DNA from: Octopus sinensis
Taxonomy: Eukaryota
Reading direction: 5' to 3'
DNA length: 64,000 nucleotides
Assembly: GCF_006345805.1 (NCBI RefSeq)
Contig: NC_043006.1
Location: 86,180,001 to 86,244,000, forward strand
The notes under the pieces are model-generated. The model was not told the DNA's origin, did not search any database, and saw only the letters and a program-made list of their open reading frames with translations. The position numbers were made by a program, and so were the translations under genes. Below are positions 61,841 to 64,000 of this stretch, piece by piece; the stretch's first letter is position 1, and each line of letters opens with the position of its first letter.

Positions 61841-62699
61841 TTTTTTAACATTAATAATAGGTATAAATGTTGGTAGGTTGGATGATTTCTTCCACTCACA
61901 CATTATATTTGTATAGAGAGAGGGGGGAGAGAAAGAAGAGAGATAAGGGAGAGTTAACATAAGAGGTACAAGTTGAATATATATGTGAGGTTTGGTGGCA
62001 GACAATAAGTAAAGGAATGCTACACATATACAACGAGAGAAAAAGAATTATAGAGTTAGAATCGGAGTCAGAGTCGGAGAAGGAGGAAATGATTGAGTAG
62101 CTATGGGAGGAGTTACACAAATTTGAAATTTGCTTTATTTAATTTTATATTAAGGTAATATAAATGTTTTTCATTCGAAATTTAGTATTCATTTCATCAT
62201 TTTGTAGAAGCACCAAGACATTTGATAAAAGTTAAATTATTGTATGGATGTCTTCTTGCCTGATTTTTCTCATGCTAGCAAAAGTACACTACCTATCATA
62301 TGACGAGTAATACTCAAGTATATCTTAGAGATTTTACTCTTGTGGAAGATAAGTTTAAATGTGTATCTGTGATATGGTCTAAATTCTCGACTACAAGTTT
62401 TTGATTTCAGTTCTGTTGCTAAATTTCTCGGGAAAAGCATGATGCCACAACACTATATTTACGCTGCCATTGAACTGGGGTCATCAAATCAAATTGAAAG
62501 ACATCGATGTTGTACTTTGGGATGGGACGGTAGACTGTGCAGAAAAGTAAATACATTTCTCTCCTCTACATTCCGAATTCGAGTACAACTGACGTCATCA
62601 CTAACTTTTTGCAGTAACAAAACATAGTGGTAATCCAGTGAGTTTAGCCAACTACTTCTGTTGCTTCCTTGTCACCACACAAAATGAGTATTTCTGATA

Positions 62700-63175
62700 T
62701 AGACACAAGTCCATACATTTGGCGGAGGGAGAAATCGATTACATCGACCCCAGTACTTGGATGGTACTTTATTTTATCGATCCCGAAGGGATGAAAGACG
62801 AAGTCAGCCTCGGTGGAATTTTAACTCACAAAAAGTCATTCATAGTGAAAAGGACTTGGATTTAGCATTTTTTTTGGTTAAAACTAACGCTTAATTCATA
62901 ACATCGTTAGATGGTACAAATTAAGCGTCAAGCATTTTGTCAGTCTGCTAACGACTCTGCTAGCAGACTGCCTTTGTGGTTTCAAATTTTGGCACAAGGA
63001 AGGATTTAAGTTGATTATATTGACCCCAAATGCTCACCAGCTGCTTATTTTACCGACTCCAAACGGATGAAAGGCAAAATCGACCTCGGCGGAATCTGAA
63101 CTCAGAATGTAAAGACAGACGAAATACTGTTAAGCATTTTGTCCGGCTTGTTAACGATTCTGTTAGCTCGCCGCC
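62700..63175 (+). mobile_element. SINE-like fragment cluster
   Basis: Same motif family, two units. Confidence 0.6.
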
Positions 63176-63287
63176 TATTGGACTGGAATATTGCACTTCG
63201 TTGTGGCCGTGAGAAGCCTGACATTTAAGGGTAGTGAAGAGATCATAAGATTTAAGCACGATGGGAATTTTAGGGGAATTACGGAAC

Positions 63288-63743
63288 CTCTCCCTATATT
63301 CTTTATTTTTTCTGGACGTGGTTTCCATTCTGCCAATTCGCCATTCCATTTGCTATTCCTTTCTTCTAAATTCATGTCCCGCGAAAAACCGTTTTAAAGT
63401 TTTTATTCTCCCGATAATGTCCGTTAAATTTTGTTGCCACTCTTATCCTGTTGTTTTTCCACTTACCCATGTTGTTTATGTTCAGCATTCTCCTTTCCGT
63501 GGTTCTTTGTATTGATCTTAATTTATTTTCAAAGCTCTTGTTGGCAGTCCATGTTTCCGATGCATACGAAATGGAGAGAAGACCATGCAGAAATTGGAAT
63601 GAAGACTTTGTTAAATTCTTCGGCACCCAAACATAGATGAGGAAAACATCAGACCGTGATTGGTGAAGAGAACGTGCTGAAGCAGTGGACAGAACATGTA
63701 TAAGGATGTTGATGTATCTTGCATAAGGCTGTAACATAACATA
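63288..63743. mobile_element. Short RTE-clade LINE 3' fragment with inverted 5' segment
   Basis: Minus 63288-63572: SYASETW..ENKL..QR..ERRML and EWKPR..GR. Plus 63573 onward: RRPCRNWNEDFVKFFG..QWT. (TAACA)n tail; acggaac on both flanks. Confidence 0.7.
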
Positions 63744-64000
63744 ACGGAACTTATTGCACAATTTGATCCATTTCTAATGGGTCATTTGAAAACTTTTAGC
63801 AATCTTGGAAGTGGTAAGCATTACTTATCACTACATCTACGAAGGAATTGTTCTGTCGAATGCAAAATATATGAATCATATTGTAGAACTTAAAACTGCC
63901 ACGTATTTCTCAGTTTCTGTACATTTAACACTAGACTTCGCTTATGTTGATTAGCTAACAATTATTGTGCGTTATGCTGTTTCTGGGAAGCCGATAGAAA

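Overview
Gene-free, AT-rich eukaryotic (animal) DNA made almost entirely of microsatellites and transposable elements. The tRNA-headed SINEs and repeat style suggest an octopod cephalopod (inference). No host protein-coding exon could be supported. Main content: (1) a Penelope-like element (PLE) at 68-4196 with RT, GIY-YIG and inverted terminal repeats carrying type I hammerhead ribozymes (HHR); (2) two further non-coding HHR-bearing repeat families, one a 490-bp tandem unit resembling a retrozyme and one at the ends of a ~6-kb palindrome; (3) three R4/Dong-type non-LTR elements stacked in (TAA)n; (4) a Tx1-type stack in (TATC)n, including an ORF2 with an in-frame RT deletion and four tandem 3'UTR-only units; (5) RTE LINEs, one with a ~70-bp target duplication and one with a twin-priming-like inversion; (6) decayed mariner, Tc1-like and Sola-like transposases, a Helitron-like element, MITEs and many SINEs. 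Many ORF breaks are 1-bp indels and may be long-read consensus errors. All folds and alignments were done by eye.
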